DNA of 63,194 nt, the filler included, from Octopus bimaculoides (taxonomy: Eukaryota), in assembly GCF_001194135.2 (NCBI RefSeq). It is 7 parts of 6 records of this genome, joined end to end, with 100 filler letters (N's around TTAATTAATTAA, not from the genome) between each part and the next. Parts side by side here need not be neighbours in the genome. Positions count along the whole stretch, not along the records: positions 59,790 to 63,194 come from NC_068982.1; 6 more parts are not named here. One strand, written 5' to 3'. Shown here piece after piece: positions 61,156 through 63,194 of the stretch (position 1 is the stretch's first letter; each line of letters opens with the position of its first letter). The position numbers and the translations under genes are program-made. A model generated the notes under the pieces. It had not been told where the DNA came from. It saw only the letters and a list, made by a program, of their open reading frames with translations, and searched no databases.

Positions 61156-61569
61156 TCGTCGTTTGTTATTGTTGTATCGACGCCAACAAACGAAGAAGTA
61201 GGATCGCCCAATACATAAATAGAGGTAGTCTAGCCGTGGTAAAGGAGATGAGTGACTGTTGAGTAACTGTTCAGTAGCTGTTGAGTAGCAGTCGAGTAGA
61301 GATCATCCGAAGGTAGCAGTAGCTTGAGACATAACAGTTATCGTCCAAAAGATCCTTGCAATTACACACCAAATAAATAAATATATGTTCATATTTTATG
61401 TTAGAAATACCTTACTGGTGTAAATATTATCAATATCACATACTTAATGTATGTGTGTTAAAAAATGCTTCAAAGGTACAATTTTTCATCTAAGGGATAC
61501 GCCTTTAAAGATGTAGCGTGTAAAAAGAGAAAAACAGCATAACTTCAAAGCAGGCGAAGCGAAAACGCC

Positions 61570-61578
61570 CCGGAAGTG
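61570..61578 (+). promoter_or_regulatory. ETS-type CCGGAAGTG motif upstream of the minus-strand gene
   Basis: Exact consensus in a CpG-richer patch about 415 bp above the ATG; function is inference. Confidence 0.25.
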
Positions 61579-61709
61579 GAGCACAACAGATATTAACTGC
61601 TTTGCGGTTGCGTTTCCGAATACACACAAAGTATGTAATATTGATAATGTTTACATGTATGTGCGCGCGCGCTCCTATGTGTGAATATATTTTCTTTTAT
61701 TTTTTAAAT

Positions 61710-62010
61710 TCTTTTACTTGTTTCAGTCATTTGACTGCAGCCATGCTGGAGCAACGCCTTAAATAGTCTTAGTCGAAGAAATCGATCCCGGTACTTATTC
61801 TGTCGGTCACTTTTGCAGAACCGCTAAGTTACGGGGACGTAAACACACCAACATCGGTTGTCAAGCGCAACTGGTACTTAATTTATCGACCCCGAAAGGA
61901 TGAAAGGCTAAGTCGACCTCAACGGAATTTGAACTCAGAACATAAAGACAGACGAAATGCCGCTAAGCATTTTGCTCGGCGTGCTAACGATTCTGTCTGC
62001 TCACCGCCTT
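61710..62010 (-). mobile_element. Adjacent SINE A 3' half and SINE B 5' half
   Basis: ttttacttgtttcagtc..aacatcggttgtcaagcg joined to caactggtacttaatttatcgaccccgaaagg..gctcaccgcct. Confidence 0.85.
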
Positions 62011-62721
62011 TTTTTTTAATGATAATGATAATAATAACAGCTACGACATCACAATAAATGTAACACAGTGTTAGTAGTATTTTGTTATTCATGTAACACA
62101 ACAACAGTAACTGAGTCACAGTAATACAATAATTACATAGTAAGAATAACAATTTCATAACAACACAATAACAATAACAATATGGTAATAATATCCACAG
62201 AATTACAGAATAACAGCAAATCCACATCACGATCAAAGAATCCACACAAGAAAACCGTGTTTCAAAATCGTTATCTCATCCCATCATCTCCGATATCTCC
62301 TTCGTCATCATCATCATCATTAGCACCGACAGCAGCAGCAACATAAAAGAGAGAAAAAAAACGTGCAGCAACAGCAGCGTCAATGGCAGCAGCATTTACC
62401 GGCAGCAGTAGCAGTCGTGCTAACACGCGCACACGTGAACATTTTTACACATGAAGACAGCAGAGTCATACATAGACCCGATCACACAAACCCACATTAA
62501 ATTTCACATACGGTATATATATACATACGCAAAAAAAGGGACAAGGAAAGCTGGAGAGATAGAGTCGGTGGGGTGGGCGAATGTCCCACATATTTGTATT
62601 CCTAACACAAAATTGCACTGAAATGTACACACACACACATCACACATGCACAACCATATATTGGCAGCGCACAAACACAAACCGCGCACGAAGTCCTTAA
62701 ACGTGTGTGTGCATTAAACAA

Positions 62722-62752
<31 letters not shown>

Positions 62753-62907
62753 CAAAAGCACGTAAATGCACATAGACACACATACACACACACACACACA
62801 CACAAAAGAAGACACATACAGATAGTTACAGACTATCACACATGCAACATTTCTAAATTACATGATCATACGGAAGCAAAAAAAAAAAAAAAGACATCCA
62901 AATATAT

Positions 62908-63130
62908 CTTTTATCCTTTACTTGTTTCGGGTATTGAACTGCGGTAATACTGGGGCACCACATTGAAAAATATTAGTCGAACGAATCGACCACCAGTACT
63001 TATTTTTTTCTAAGCCAGGTACTTATTGTATCGGTGGCTTTTGCCCAACCGCTAGATTACAAGAACGTAAACACATCAACACCGTTCGTCAAGTGATGGT
63101 AGTGGACAAACACAGACACAAAGACACACA
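62908..63130 (-). mobile_element. SINE family A, 3' half
   Basis: ctttacttgtttc..gtacttattgtatcggt..gacaaacacagacac. Confidence 0.8.
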
Positions 63131-63194
63131 CACGCACACACACAATATATGTACATACATACATACATACATGTATGTATGTATGTATGTATGT

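Overview
AT-rich animal genomic DNA from a gapped draft assembly, with N runs, TTAATTAATTAA gap linkers and many (TA)n/(CA)n/(CAT)n microsatellites. The repeat content (tRNA-derived SINEs, RTE-clade LINE tails ending in (GAT)n, mariners) looks like an octopus or other coleoid cephalopod genome; this is inference. Most of the window is transposon debris, including one nearly full-length decayed RTE LINE at about 43.0-46.7 kb. Two host genes can be read by hand that the ORF track does not reveal. (1) A plus-strand gene of at least 11 exons (24850-40463), every junction phase 1, encoding about 387 aa of a single-pass membrane protein. It has two related Cys-rich, N-glycosylated ectodomain modules, one TM exon, three tandemly duplicated cytoplasmic exons and a run of 30-45 nt microexons. 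In the duplicated cassettes the flanking intron is far better conserved than the exon itself. (2) A minus-strand gene (about 61155-60202) for a putatively secreted Pro-rich protein with four W/R-R-L/M-S-P-Q-C repeats. Also present are a degenerate Penelope-type minimal hammerhead, a 28S rRNA fragment with apparently compensatory changes, and several long inverted repeats. No database search was possible; family names come from recalled motifs, and repeat boundaries are approximate.
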